DNA of 60,890 nt from Phoronis australis (lineage: Eukaryota > Animalia > Phoronida): the NCBI GenBank assembly GCA_002633005.1, contig NMRA01000728.1:1-60890 (forward strand), read 5' to 3'. The position numbers were made by a program, and so were the translations under genes. Below, piece after piece: positions 35,571 to 49,447 of this stretch (positions within the stretch are counted from its first letter, which is position 1; each line of letters opens with the position of its first letter). The notes under the pieces are model-generated. The model saw only the letters and a program-made list of their open reading frames with translations, was not told the DNA's origin and ran no database searches.

Positions 35571-38500
35571 GCCAAAGTCCTATTTTTTCGGGCGAGGCTA
35601 ACGGGACTTACCCGTAGATGTGTTCAGACAATTGACAGCCAATTGACACGTATTCACTGTAATTCTGACTTTCTAAATCAATAGCTGTACCTGGGCTATT
35701 GAATGGAAACATCAATGAGCTGTTAATTTACTGTTTAATTAATATCAAAACAATTGTTGTAAATTTTCTTTTATTTTCAGAAATACAAAACAAACAAGCC
35801 ACTTGATCACCCTATATTCGACTACCAACGAAACCACAGCAAGGAAGAAAAGGTGTAATGGAAATTTTCGATCACGGAATTTTATACAAAACTGATTGTT
35901 ACTTATAATGTGTATATCGTATGTGTACATGTACACACACACGTTTAGCATCAGATGCTCTACATTTCAAGGTTCAGCACGCGAAATTATTTACTTGTTT
36001 TCCAATATATGATGATTTTGACGCGTCTTAACGTTCTCGAACATATCTTAACTAATTCTCTCAAAATCAACGGTCGTGTAACGATAGCTGTTGGAGCGAA
36101 GACGATTTTTTACACTCACGTATATGTATACGTTGTCACCCGTTTCCACCATATCTATCCGGCATGTATCCAGTCGTAGGAGTTCAAGGTTCACTTGCAT
36201 TTTTTTTTTGATATCAACAACATTCTTTGATGGACGTTTAAGAAATTCGACACTTGGAGACGAAGGCCCCTCGTGAATTTGTTAAGTGAACTTTTGATCA
36301 TAAATGTTTGTTTTTGTCGTCCGCCTCCCTCGGTAAAGTGTGGCGAAACTTAACAAGTGTGTTCTTGTTCAGGAGAACATGAATTCAGTCCTTCTATGAC
36401 ATTAATGTACACGTCTGCAGTACAAAATGTGTGTGTTATTTCCCATGTGATATCTTCCCCGTCTACCTACGCTGTCGTGTCGAATTGTGTTCGTTGCTTC
36501 TATTTTATGTTCAATCTAATACTACAACTTTGGCCATGTTTACTTTATAGTCACATTTAAATGTTACTGAACGAAAATAACACACAGCTTTTGATTCTCA
36601 CAGCATTCATTACACAATAACCAACTGACGAGGTTTCCACAGGACTCCTCACTCAAGACCAGGGTATTATAGAAACAAAAAGTGAATATGGAGCTCTTTC
36701 AAAGCCACGAATGAAGCCTTATCATTTGAAAAAATCTTGACTGCTATCGTTTATTGATTTAAAATCGAACTCTTTTGTGAAACATAAAGCCGCCGGTTTC
36801 ATTGGTGGCACAGGTTATAAAATTGACCATACACATTCCCCAGAGAGTACTAGTGCATTGATGTATTTTTCATGGATGGAAACTTTGAAATCTAAACAGC
36901 CAAACGACGGACTAATGCATAAGGTTGGGAGAGCGTAGCTAAGTAACTTGCTCTTCTTCCCGTAAAGGATATTTTGAGTTTACTAGTAGTGCGAAATCTA
37001 GAGAGAATATTTGAAATAATGATCATCCCTTGTATCGGTCATGTAAGTGATGCACACGGTGGGCGCATATGTCTAATGTTGACAATTCTAGTTTCTTTTT
37101 AACTTTACTGGCAAGGCCAGTAAGTGGACGACGAAATGCATTTACATGCAATGTGAGAAATGACCAAGTATGTGTGACAGCTAAATGAAAATTTAGTCTT
37201 ATTTTTCGATTATTAGCAATACATGACCATCACAGCTAGGGCATGGGAAGCGGAGTCCACGGTTTCGAGTTAAGTATGCGCGTGCGCCCTCACGCGGTGG
37301 AAAACTAGGGTAAACAAGTCAATTTTTTCTTTGAGCTACATCCTGAAAATAAATTGCATGTTTAATTTAAAATAGCGAGCAATTGTCAAAAACGTTTCTT
37401 GATAAATCATTACGCCATCGGACCGTGAATGTTGCGGCGGTTTTCTGACACAGAGGTGTAGAGATTACTCATGAAATTAGCATTCATCCCCCGGCTATTT
37501 CCTTATCGCGGGTAAGAAAATCCACTATCAGACGTAACTTTCCGGCCAGGTGAGCTTAAGCCCTGTAATTGCATGTACTAACAAATGCTCAGTAACTAAT
37601 TGGCGTGTGCAATGAGCTAAACTCATAGATGACGTTAGACAGTACACCGCTCTGGTGGGACCCAACCAGAGGCCTCTATGCAGCCAGTTGTTGTCTAATG
37701 TCACGTTTAAGCAGAATGAACCTTGGGGAATTTTCCTCAAGAGGCGGTCAGGCGAATGTATCTCTTGTCTGATTTGTTTCACGTCGCGATCAATTATTGT
37801 TTCATCCGACGATCATTCTAACCTTGTGTACTACATTTACGCTTTTAAGTAAGAATATAAGCATCAGATCAGCAAGCAGTTGGCTCGCTGAGTTTGGATA
37901 ACCCGCATCGAGCTATGAGCATTTGTTGACGGTTGGTCAGTTCACAGCTGTTTGTCTGTGCTGGTTCTTAATGTGTTTCAGTAACTTAATGAATATTCAG
38001 GGTGTCTCTCGATCATTATGGGACGCAGTATAACGTGGACAAAAGCATGTCGCAGAAACATGCTTGTTAACTTCTTGACTCCAGAATTAGCTCAGTTTGG
38101 TCTCAGGATGCAGCTAGTTGGTACAACCTGTCCAAGAACTAGTCGACCAATAGAAACACTGATAAATGGCTTCCAGAACTGCCTCATATAACGTACGATA
38201 TGTCCCAAGCCCCCGTGCTCTTCTGACTTGAATACAATCGATTTCTTGGTGAAGATTCTTAAAAAAGTTACGTAGCAACGAAACAAACAGCATTTGAAGA
38301 ATGTAATTTTCAAACGTAGTCGTCCGGTGTTACGCCCAGGGATCTTTAAAATAACTGGAAACATCAGAGCGTTAGCTCTGAGCATAGACGTTTAAAAACG
38401 AATGTTTAGAGACTCAGGGGTGAACGTTTACTTGATGGAAGTGTCCATTTACTCACATAAGTTCACAATTTTTTGCACACGAGTACGACTATTACATTAT

Positions 38501-38805
38501 CCCATACGCGTTGAATCAGTAGAGGGAAATACGGCCATACAATAATGCTTTCCGTATTCACCTCCCGCACTACTTCAACTGTAACCGCTGGCATGGAAAG
38601 TTCAAAAGGTTTGTCAATATCTACTTGACAATCAAATTTTCCGAAAATAATCTAAAGTAATACAATTGCAGCAGTGTAAATAACACTCAATATGCAATCA
38701 TGTCCCAATCGTAATATCTGGAACAGGTCTGTTAATTACAGGACAGTTCTGAGTCAGTTTTCAATTGCTAAATATCATATCGTCTGCAACTCACGCGCCA
38801 AATGT

Positions 38806-39105
38806 CAGTAGCGGATTTAGGGGACAAGGGGGCCATGCCCCCACCCTAAAATGCCATTTGTTAATTTGGGGTGCGAATTGATGACTAGTATATACGTGCA
38901 CTCAGACGGGCTCGGGGGGCGAATGCACAATGCATAAGCCTTGAACAAACCCGTTTACCGTTTTTTTTTTAGTAATAACGTCCACCAGTCCAAAACTTAG
39001 ACACCCCAGCATCCTTAAATTTTAGGTTGGGTGTGAGCATGTGGCAAAATTCTGGTTATTCCTGTGTCTTGGCCCCCCTAGCTCAAAATCCTGGATCCGC
39101 CCCTG
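38806..39105. mobile_element. CAGTGGCGGAT-type MITE with a nested CATGCGCGCACC-family MITE (about 38890-39041)
   Basis: CAGTAGCGGATTTAGG...CCTGGATCCGCCCCTG, flanks AATGT / AATCT. Confidence 0.7.
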
Positions 39106-39115
39106 AATCTTGTCG

Positions 39116-40485
39116 TTATTTATCTATTTTCAGGGTATATTAAAAGTTCAATGCACATTTACCGTTGCTTTCATCTTTGTTATCTCTTTTCAACTAATGT
39201 ATCGTTACTTTAAAAACTGTTTCTTTTACTAGAGAAAGCTTGCAACCTAACGCGAAAGCACATACATATAGGATGTGATCAGCTACGTGAACAGTCTGAG
39301 TGAAGTATTTAAAAAATCTGCCGAAAAATGAAAGAAACTTAGGAATTCGAAGCGTATGCGATAAATACAAAACGTACCTCGACTGGCGTCCATGAAGTAG
39401 CATCCCACTCGACATTGTACCGCGTATCGACCTCGACCATCGGTCTCGGTCCATACGTGGAATAATGTCTCGTGGAATATTACTTCATGTACGCCACTCT
39501 CGGTGCGCTTTGTGTATGTGCGCATGAGCCAGAAACCATTTCACGTCTTTTTCAGTCAAAAGTGGTTATATTACAGTTTGAAAATGGCTACACTTCACGT
39601 GCCGACGAAACTGACGGGCGTTCACAATGACTCTGGCATTTCTAAGGAAGTTCGATAGTAGGGGAGAGCGCTAAGTCTGCGTGGACATTTAAAACTGAAA
39701 ATTTTGTGCTTCTAGCCAAATATGACATCAACGACGAGTTCTGTGAAATTAGTTACGAGATACTAACAATCCAACTACACACGCTTTGCCGTATANTTAT
39801 TTATCTATTTTCAGGGTATATTAAAAGTTCAATGCACATTTACCGTTGCTTTCATCTTTGTTATCTCTTTTCAACTAATATATCGTTACTTTAAAAACTG
39901 TTTCTTTTACTAGAGAAAGCTTGCAACCTAACGCGAAAGCACATACATATAGGATGTGATCAGCTACGTGAACAGTCTGAGTGAAGTATTTAAAAAATCT
40001 GCCGAAAAATGAAAGAAACTTAGGAATTCGAAACGTATGCGATAAATGCAAAACGTACCTCGACTGGCGTCCATGAAGTAGCATCCCACTCGACATTGCA
40101 CCGCGTATCGACCTCGACCTTCGGTCTCGGTCCGTACATGTACGTGGAATAATGTCTCGTGGAATATTACTTCATGTACGCCACTCTCGGTGCGCTTTGT
40201 GTATGTGCGCATGAGCCAGAAACCATTTCACGTCTTTTTCAGTCAAAAGTGGTTATATTACAGTTTGAAAATGGCTACACTTCACGTGCCGACGAAACTG
40301 ACGGGCGTTCACAATGACACTGGCATTTCTAAGGAAGTGCGATAGTAGGGGAGAGCGCTAAGTCTGCGTGGACATTTAAAAGTGAAATTTTTGTGCTTCT
40401 AGCCAAATATGACGTCAACTCGGACGAGTTCTGTGAAATTAGTTACGAGATACTAACTATCCAACTACACACGCTTTGCCGTATA
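39116..40485. repeat. About 680-bp direct duplication across the single N at 39796
   Basis: 39116-39795 vs 39797-40485, with a few SNPs and 6-bp and 3-bp indels. Confidence 0.9.
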
Positions 40486-43400
40486 ATTTTTATAATTTTA
40501 TCCAAACCAAGTTCCCATTACTTACCAACTTCGCATTACTTGCAACGAATTCAAATGCGCACCATCGCCCCCCTCCCCATCCTCTTCCCCACCGTGTTTG
40601 AAGTTCATCAACAAAAATTAAATGTGTTTCGTTTTATTGGTACTCAAGCGACATTCAGCCTTTGCTTAATCATAAACGGAAACTCACAAAAGGTGGATTC
40701 ATTATAACAAAACGGCAAAGTCAGACCGAGAGGTTGACCTATTTCGAAAACGACGTCAACAAATTTCTGGCACTCGTCAGAGCACCCCGCGTTGTTTCTG
40801 TACGCTACCGTACATCAGCAGGACTTCCATTACCGAAACCGTTTTGTTGCTTTCTGTATACTTCTACCACTCATAACGTCGCCGCGGTTACACACACACA
40901 CTGAACGAACCATACAACGAGACCTTAGATCGGCAAGACAGCCACATCATCAGCAACGCGCCTACAACATCTTACAGGCGGATGTGGGGAAGGGCGCTTG
41001 GAGCAAGCTGTTTATAGTCCCTACACGAACATTTTCTTTAGAAAATTGTGATTGACCCCTCCTTACGACGTCCTAGGTCCACCTGTACACCAAACTATCA
41101 CTACCATTACACTATCTCCCCGACATTTATCCAAGTCCCCATTTCCACACCATGTGCACATCCAGGGAAGCTCTGCGAGTCTGCGGCAGCAGACACTTGT
41201 TCTTTCCTGCGGGTCCTTATAATGTAATCGGTTCTCACCCGGCCTATTCCGTGCGCAGCCAATAGTTTTTACTGAGTTATGCAGCCTGCTATATGTTTTT
41301 GCTAAATCACTGCAAATCACTCGAGCGCATCTTGAAACTTCTACCTCATGTTCTTTGTCCTAACGTCTGACCCTCGTTTTGCTTTGTGTGTTACCTTCTT
41401 CTTCTTCCAAAAATAATATTGCATTGAAGTCTTCAGTTGCTGTACTTCTCCGTCGTCCTCCAATACAGCAACACTGTTTAGGAATACCTCGAAAATAATC
41501 ACGAGGAATAGCCTTCCTATAGATCGTCTACAAAATTCACACACAGGTGCACTTTGACTTTAGTCATGACTCAAAAAATGCAAGGAACTACTACTTGACA
41601 GTGATGACTTCTTAAGGGAGCAACAAATGAATCTTTCCCAAAAAGCAGTGAAAGGCTTCGGGTTAGACCCTGCGTACCCACACAACTTTTGGACAATAAA
41701 CTGTGTCAGTGTCACATTTCACCGATCCGTTTAAAGTTTAAATGGACTATTTTGATTTAGACTTCTTATTGTTGTGAAATTTTTCCTTAGTCTAATTTGA
41801 GGTGATTTTGGAGCTTTGAAAAACCGGCAGCTCATTTTTGTTTGAGAACACGCTCTACAAGATAGTTTGTCGCGGCTCGTCATGTTATACTTGTACGTTG
41901 TGCATAGTATCAGGAAACAACGAACTGTCAGTTCAGCGCATGCCCAGAAATCACTTTATATCTGAATAAGGAACTATTTAAGGCAATTTCCGTAGCGGTA
42001 AATGGTCCATGACTTCAATTAGTTTCGTCGATGGAACACGTCACTCTGAGCTGAAGGGGTCGGTATCACCATAACAGGAAATATGAAACAAGTGCCTTCG
42101 CAGTAATCACTCGTTATCTATGTTTGTGTCCGTATTTAAGTCTGACATTTTTATCGGTATCGTTATAGCGAAGCCAAGTTCTGTGTGATGATCAAACGGA
42201 TGAGTAAAGTGCGCTGCTGTTAGTTTATACAAAAGGCAAGTATGTTAATATTAAACTTAGACCACACAAAGTGTTACCGAAAAGACGAATGTTCTTTTTC
42301 TGCTCTCAGAAAAGCTTGCGCGCACGTCTCTGAATTTATGGAAATGTTGAGCTTCAAATTCTTAAGTGTGGTAATGCGATGCTGAAGAGGCAAATATTTA
42401 GCGTCACGATTATTTGGCTCGCCTGCATTATTATGGAGCGTAACTCGCCTCTGGTCGTCAATTAAGACGTATTATTACTTTTGATTTTGCCGTTTTAACA
42501 TTTTAATTGTCACCTGCGTCTGTGCGAAATTTCTTGCTGACATCAGACGCATTGCTGTACTCGTAAGCCAGGAAGTACACGTATATTCTGTTTGTCACAG
42601 TTAGTGATGTCCTAGCGATGACGTAAAAACATATTTAGCAACCTTTCCTTTTTGTGATTCACTTTGATACCGAATTCTGTTAATTCTACATCAAACGAGG
42701 TAGACCTTTCAAGGGGTAAGAACGAGACTGGGAGTAAGTTTGAGGACAGACATTTGCAAAAGCACCAACTTGACGCAGCAGTGACAATGACCTTAGAGAC
42801 TGCCAGTGTTTTGCTTTGTGAGGATGCAGTTTAGTGCCAACCAGAGGTTGTTGATATTAGTAAGGATGCCAGTTTTATTCGTGCTTGATGCAGGTCTGTA
42901 AAGTTTGGAAAGATTCGAATGACCCACATTTTTCGTTAGTAAATGAACCGTTGACTAAGCTCGCATATGTTTATTTATTCGAATTGCAAAAAGAAAAACA
43001 TCGTCTCAAAGTTTAATGAATACATTTGCCGAAATTCTCTTTTGACAGAAATGCCAAGGTTTGTAAACGAAAAAACGTAGGTCACAGTGAATTAAACCAG
43101 GATTTAAATTACGAGAAAATGGAGAGGCCGACTGAGATTCAGTTGTTCAATTCGGTGGTATCCGATTTTGTTCATCTTATACTCATTACATCTTCCAGTC
43201 GTGTTTTCACTGTTGTACCCCAGTCAGTATGCATATTGAACTATGTGATGTCCCGATTAATGAGATTGAAACGTGATCGCTTTCATCGCAAAAGGCATTG
43301 CGAACTGAATCTTCAGCAAATGATTTAGTACAACGAAAATTTGTAGATGTCGTTGCCTAGTGTAATGTCCATGAACAGACCCACGGGCTATCAAATTGAA

Positions 43401-43689
43401 CGTGTTAAAAAATGAAGAACAGAGATAGGCCTGCAATTATCTAAAAACAACGGGTCCCCTTTCTAAATACAGGAATAACCTTGGTAATTTTAGATTTTTA
43501 TTGATCAGTAGTTCCAATACGTGGATTAAAAACGTATTCATCCAAATGTTTTCTGAGAAACCAAATGATTATGCGTTTTTACTCAATTATTACACAGACG
43601 ACGAAATTAAAAAAATGTATAATCCCCCTCCCTTTTTATTATCTCCATGATAGCAATTATCAGCATATATTAATAAAAACAACTACGGT

Positions 43690-44359
43690 TTTAAATCGAC
43701 ATGACACGTTTTGGTGTCATTTATTCAAACACCACCATCACAAGAGAGAATATAGTGGCCATCCAGCTAGGCCCAGCAACAAGTGATGAAACACAGACAC
43801 AGACAGTTACAGGAGTGACAATAAAACTAGAGCAACAATGACAACCAGCCTCTCGTTCAGTGACGCTAGGACATCTCTAAAAAGCAAGACTTCGAAAGAT
43901 TACGTGAGATATTGCCGTGTATTTTAAATGAGAACACGTGACTTTGACTAGATTTTAGCTAGGTCCTAGCCTAGGTCCTAGCGTCTACTGAACGCACGCC
44001 TGGTGTGCCAGTTGCCTGTTGAGATTGGGCTTGCACCAACTGATGTGTAGAATCTCACGAACTTTAAGCTCCTTTGTTGTTTCTGCTTGGTCTATTATTG
44101 TAAATTCATTGAAAGAGCTTTGCTCATAACAATGATTGGAGCTCTGTAGGTGAATATTTAAATGTGAACCTCTGTCAGAATTTAGATGTTCCCTGGTCCT
44201 GGTTTTCAAATGGCGAACAGTTTCGCCTATATAACCGGAGTCAAATCCGGCACAGATAAATTTGTACACTACCCTGGACCGAAGACCCATACGAATTTTG
44301 TCCTTAGGGTTAAATAAATTTGACAGTTTTAGAGACTTGAATGTTAATACAACCCTTAA
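43690..44359 (-). mobile_element. Penelope-like retroelement, 3' part: GIY-YIG endonuclease and 3' terminal region
   Basis: FNPKDKIRMGLRSRVVYKFICAG..SGYIGETVRHLKTRTREH...SH...HL...FTIIDQA...LKVREILHISWCKPNLNRQ; interrupted by the MITE at 43847-44000, after which it ends LSLLL*. Confidence 0.9.
43847..44000. mobile_element. About 150-bp MITE inserted in the Penelope ORF end
   Basis: Reverse-complement match to 28101-28248; TIR CGTTCAGT(A)GACGCTAGGAC. Confidence 0.8.
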
Positions 44360-44628
44360 AGTGTAATTTGCAAGGTCCAGTTATGTTAAATTGCAATAAT
44401 ATCTTCAAGGAATTGCTATTTGGATGTATTTTATTCAAATCATCGTATTATTGTATCTTTAGTTATTTTAAAAAAGCGAAAATAAGAAAATGCGCGAAAA
44501 GTTGACCTTTGACACCGTGACATGGTGTTGGGGAACACAAACCAGATCATATCGAACAATGCAGTTCACTGCTATTATATCACAGTACACGTAGAACAAA
44601 GACCGTTCAACCTTGGCGTGTTTTAGCC

Positions 44629-44876
44629 ATGGTGCATCGGCGTGTGTGTGTGCTAACTATTTTAACACCACCCAGGTGGAAGGCATGAGCCCATTTAAAT
44701 TCTAAAAAGAAAAGCATCTGGCTGCGTAATGGCAGGTTTTCGTGTGCTCTGCTCGTCTTTTGAAAATGACTGTCGAGTCAGCCATCTGTCGGAGCCGAAA
44801 TATGCTCCGACCATTTTGAGGACGGCTGCTTTGACGACAAACACATCATGACGGTTGAAGCTGGTCTTATAAAAAG
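44629..44876 (+). pseudogene. THAP exon of the Kolobok transposase
   Basis: MVHR.V.ANYFNTTQVEGMSPFKF*KEKHLAA*WQVFV...CSDHFEDGCFD across frameshifts; AAG|GTAAGT donor at 44877. Confidence 0.75.
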
Positions 44877-46257
44877 GTAAGTTACCTTGATAATTTTGAT
44901 GTCTAATAATTCATGACGATTTCGCAGTGCCTGAACAATAACAATCTTTTTTCACAATCATCGTAGTTCTCAAGTGTTTAAAATCTGTTGTTTTTCCGTG
45001 AAAGATTTAGTTATTAATGGATCAGTAAAACTAAAAGCCACAAAAAACTGTAAAGCTGATCTCAATAGATGTATGTATTTTGAAAAGAATGCAGACTATG
45101 AATAAAGTAAAACAGGATGGTAACTCAATTCCAAGGATTTGATTATTAAAGTAGTCTGCTTCAAAAAAAAACAGGATTGAAATCTGGTTTTGGCATTTGT
45201 TTGAAGATTATAAAAGAAGGCGAAATCTCGCAATTAGATATCATCGTGTTTTACTTTAATCATGGACGACTCTGGATTCAAAATGTTTTTTTTTTACTTT
45301 TGAATTGCCGCTGTTGTGCTTTTCAGAGCATGTAAATGAAAGGAGAACATTTTCCACTTAGTGCGGAACAAAAGAGAAGCTGGAGATCTTGAAATTCGCT
45401 TAGAAATTGATGCCCCTCGAATGCCGACTGCTGGTGCTCCAGATGCTGGTGCTCCAGATGTGTCCAAGGAGGATGCCGTGGCACAGATAAATTCAGACTT
45501 GGGGTTTTGTCAATGGACAGCATTGGAATTTCTTTCCGTCACAAATTTAACAGTCACTACCAATGTTTTAAATCAAATTTTTGATAGTGGTACAGATAGC
45601 AATGCCATAGTGTTTGTAGTACCAGCAGTGGAAATTGTGAAAAGCTTTTGTGTGTGGTATTTGGCTGTCCCATTTGTATAGATAAACCCAGTGATATACT
45701 ATGCTCTTATATTGAAACTACTGCCCCCCCTCAGTAAAATTCTCCCAGATTCCATTTGACTGTTTGGGGGTGCGAATGTCTGACGGGCAAAATCCTGGCT
45801 AATACCGTGCCCTGGCGCCCCTAGCTCAAAATCCTGGATCAGCACCTGGAAAAATTTCAATGGTTCTTCAATACAATGACTATAAATATTGCGGCATAGC
45901 TTTTTTAAGTATATTTGATTTGCACTAAACTGTTGCTGTCCCATACAGTGGGTCGGCATAGGAGGACTTTCTTAATTGGAGGTGAAAAGGTACTTGTTTG
46001 GGTCGTCAGTCTTTTCGTGCGACAATCTCATCTAAATTGTACACATAATAATCACTTGCACAGAATTCGAACATTGTCTTGGGAATTTTTGAGTGAGTGG
46101 TATAAGCACTCCCTCCAGATTTCCCAATTCCTTCTCATGTGCATACTTTTTGTGTTTTCACACCATGTCATAGACATCTAAAGCTATTGCATACTGGAGC
46201 TTTTGGGTTGAGATTCAGTGGTTGCTGTGTCGTGTTATTTGATTTCTCATTGAATTA

Positions 46258-46397
46258 CAGTAGAACTCGCTAAGTTGTATCCAGTGAGACTGAGATATTT
46301 CATCAAAGTTAGAGTTATTTGGAGGCGTTACTGCGGATTTAATGCTAACCTTTCTAAAGTTCCCACTGAAGCGCTACCAATTTAGAGAGTTCTACTG
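46258..46397. mobile_element. Tc1/mariner-pogo-type MITE
   Basis: TA|CAGTAGAACTC...GAGTTCTACTG|TA. Confidence 0.75.
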
Positions 46398-46908
46398 TAT
46401 AAGAAGAGGGCAGAAGATTCAGTCTCGACTTCAGACTATGGCCCAGATTCAAAACTTTTAATTTTTTATGTAAGAGCCATACTGTTCAATGTGTTCGCTT
46501 CAAGCACACAAACTGGGCTCCAATGAGACAAATTCCTCTGTTTACCTAGGTAAACCATAAGTTTAACTATGTTGAGTTTAGAGGTTTATAATGTAGTCCT
46601 AGTTAAATTACACTTGGCGTGACCATGTTATCATAAGTAACCAGATTGATGAGCATCAATAAATGCTGCTCGCTGTGTTAATTATTTATCATTCTGAAAC
46701 CACAGAAGTCTATTCATGGAATGCCTACTCCAATTTCATGCCGCTGAAGTTGCACTGCGATTGCATTCGTTTATTACGACGTTTGATCTTTCTATGGAAT
46801 TTGTCACTACAACTTTTTGCAAGTCGTTTGAATTACATAAAACTAGTCCCTGAGTCACAAGTTTTTATAACAGGATACATAAGTCATGTGGAGGAGTTGG
46901 TATTCCAG

Positions 46909-47309
46909 GGCCCGGTCTCTAATCTTTGTACTCGAAACAAACTCGAAACTATTTTTGGCAATTTCTCTGCTCCTTTTGTGCGAACTTAAGATAATTGGTT
47001 ATCAGACTGTGCTCGAATACATTATAGTTTGTGCATAGGACTTTCTAGTTCAAGTTTGCCCTTGAAGACCCTATATTCGTGCTAAAAACTCGAGAGAAAA
47101 ACTAGAAATTTCGAGTTCAAACTCGAACTTATTGCGTTAATATTGGGTTTACAAACTGTGAACTAAGGGCAATAAATTATCTACGTAAGTTATTGTGTAC
47201 ACGAGCATAGAATAATAAACACTTATCTTGATTTCGCCCAAAAGTAGAGTAGAAAATGCCAAACCTAATTTAGAGTTCCATTTCGAGTAAGAAGATTGGA
47301 GACCGGGCC
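46909..47309. mobile_element. PIF/Harbinger-type MITE
   Basis: GGCCCGGTCTC.AATCTT..TACTCGAAA TIR at both ends, flanked by CAG / CTG. Confidence 0.75.
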
Positions 47310-47349
47310 CTGGGCTAAGACAACTGTTGATATCTATAAATGGGTGAAA

Positions 47350-49210
47350 CTTTTAAGAAAATCCTTGGAACTCAAAAGTCTTTCTCATTTCCTGGCGGAG
47401 GGTAGAAAGCTCAGATGCAGGCTACTGCGCATGCTGGAATGACAACACGGACAGTTTGTCTTGAGTGACCGTGTACCCATCTTTGGAAATGTCTGTAGGC
47501 CATGTGTCAAATCCTTTTATCCAAGAGTCTGTCATAGCCATCAGGATATTGACTTTTGTACTGCAACCATGCAATCTCCAAAACACCACGATTGATGTAT
47601 ACAGGTTTAAACCCCCACGCTGCACAATACATTTTTTCTTTTGTGTTAGTTGTCACGCTTCATTTCTTCATCAAGTTTTGCAACAACATTGTCAACCTTT
47701 TGGCAACATACTCTTTCTTCATTAACTGAGGCTGTCTGACAGTTGCCCCAGATGCACCTGCAAGATGTGTCAACAATAATACATTATTTCAGTAAACATC
47801 AAAATTTCGAATTGAAAAATTTACCAAGAGTGCCTCTACCAAATTGATCATCTGTATATAGTAAAGATATTTACTTTTCATACAAATGAATAGTGCTACA
47901 CCCCAGCAGTGGTAAATCATGCCCGGGGGATATAGTAATGGACATTAGTTGTTTGATTTTTAGGTGACCCTAAGACAAAAGGTAGTTGCCCTGAATCATT
48001 GATGGAGGGGACTGTTTTGTATGTAGTCGTGAGACCTGTTCTCCCAATCTGAATCCTATCGGCACCCACATACCATTGATCAAACTAGACAATGACAATG
48101 GGGCAAACCAACTTGAAAAGCAGTGTTGCCACTCATTTTAAATATTACGGTATACATTAAAACTTCTTGATATGCTATATGGGCAATCACCAATCCAATG
48201 GCATACTCTCTTTACTCTATAGAAACTTTACCAGGCGGTTCCTACTCAAGTCAACTCGTAACCAAGCCATGTACCATATTTCATTTATAAATAATGGCAA
48301 CATTGGGTCAATGTACATCGACATGAAATGGTTGTTTCCATTTCAAGTATTTCCTTACAAAATAAAACTGTTTTGGAACACATGTGTAGATTGATATAGG
48401 TCCGAGTTGACTTGAGTACGAAAATGAAATGACTTGTTCTATAACCTATAGAATTATGCCCTCCCCCAGCACCAAGGTGAGATAGTCTAAAATTGCAATT
48501 CTTTCATTATCTTCTTTACAATTCACAGTCGATTATTCCGAAGTGGTTCTCATTCATTCCCTTGCATACATTTATTCACTCACTAGTAACACCCCGCTCA
48601 GTCTTGGAGAAGTAAGAGACAATTTTGTTCAATGCTCAATTGCATGCAAGTGAAACCCAGGATTCGAACACGAGTCTCACGAGCTCAAACCACTGAGCCA
48701 CACTGTCTACAAATAATCAGAGACCTAACACTTTTTGAGTGATTTGCTATAATGCAAAAAATCCCAGTTTTATCACTGAAACTGGTATTTATCCACGGCT
48801 GAAACACGATTCACCAATGGGGATATGGGCACCTGGGACTTACTGGTAAAGCACCTACTTTTGAATTAAAAAAGACCAAGTTATAATTCGCGGTTGTAGG
48901 ATACATATTGATAATATTCTTATCAATCACTAACATCTAATCGCAACTCCTGCGCTCCTTCAGCCTGTTGACGTTCACAGGACGAACCCGCTGGGAGTGA
49001 GTCTTCGGCGACCAGAGAAAGGGCCGTGAAAGGGATCGAGGGAGAACGGCTCCACTACAGAAAAGCTGTGAACAAATATTGTTCCTCTGGGATCTGTCAC
49101 CTCCACCTCCACGTCCGAAAGGTCGGAATCTTCTGAAAAGTCCACCTGTCCGTCCCTGTATTGTTCAAAGTATTCCTCATCTACGCTGCTGTACTCACTT
49201 GGACACACAT
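47350..49210 (-). pseudogene. KolX (P2X7-tail-like) two-exon pseudogene (exon 1 about 49210-48924, exon 2 about 47757-47350)
   Basis: Acidic N-terminus, VEPFSLDP, RLDVSDW|intron|CIWGNCQ...EERVCCQK...GFKPVYINRGVLEIAWLQY...HMAYRHFQRWVHGH...RVVIPACAVACI*AFYP...FQGF. Confidence 0.85.
48545..48708 (-). mobile_element. tRNA-derived SINE (duplicate at about 50910-51076)
   Basis: Minus strand has A-box TGGCTCAGTGG and B-box GTTCGAATCC followed by a non-tRNA body; no complete cloverleaf. Confidence 0.6.
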
Positions 49211-49447
49211 TGTTCCCCTTGTGTTCCCCAACACCACGTCACAGATGTGTAACGAACGAAAATGGCGCCGTTTCTATTCTCTGTTACAACGATGGCGTTA
49301 CAACACCACGGCACTAAATATGTAAATAACTTTGTATAGCGGCGTACAATTCAGTTAATGTTAAGAATATAGCAATGATAATTATAAACTAGAGTTTAGA
49401 CCGTATTGTTGTTCAGATTAATTGGTTTGGACCTTGCAATTTCCTCT

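Larger units (their letters stand above)
44360..49447. mobile_element. Kolobok DNA transposon, 5.1 kb, decayed, inserted in the Penelope element
   Basis: TTAA|AGTGTAATTTGCAAGGTCCA ... TGGACCTTGCAATTTCCTCT|TTAA (17/20); subterminal inverted 24-mer at 44517-44540 / 49219-49242 (23/24); convergent THAP and KolX genes. Confidence 0.88.

Noticed and set aside
44700-44876. Possible 5' UTR exon of gene 2 (strong AAG|GTAAGT donor)
   Set aside because: The donor closes the THAP exon of the Kolobok transposase. Co-option cannot be excluded but nothing supports it.
48640-48708. tRNA gene
   Set aside because: A and B boxes are present but there is no anticodon arm or acceptor stem; better explained as a SINE head.
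49262-49272. TGGCGCCG as a tRNA-Lys primer-binding site
   Set aside because: The match is only 7-8 nt, there is no adjacent LTR, and it lies in the Kolobok subterminal region.
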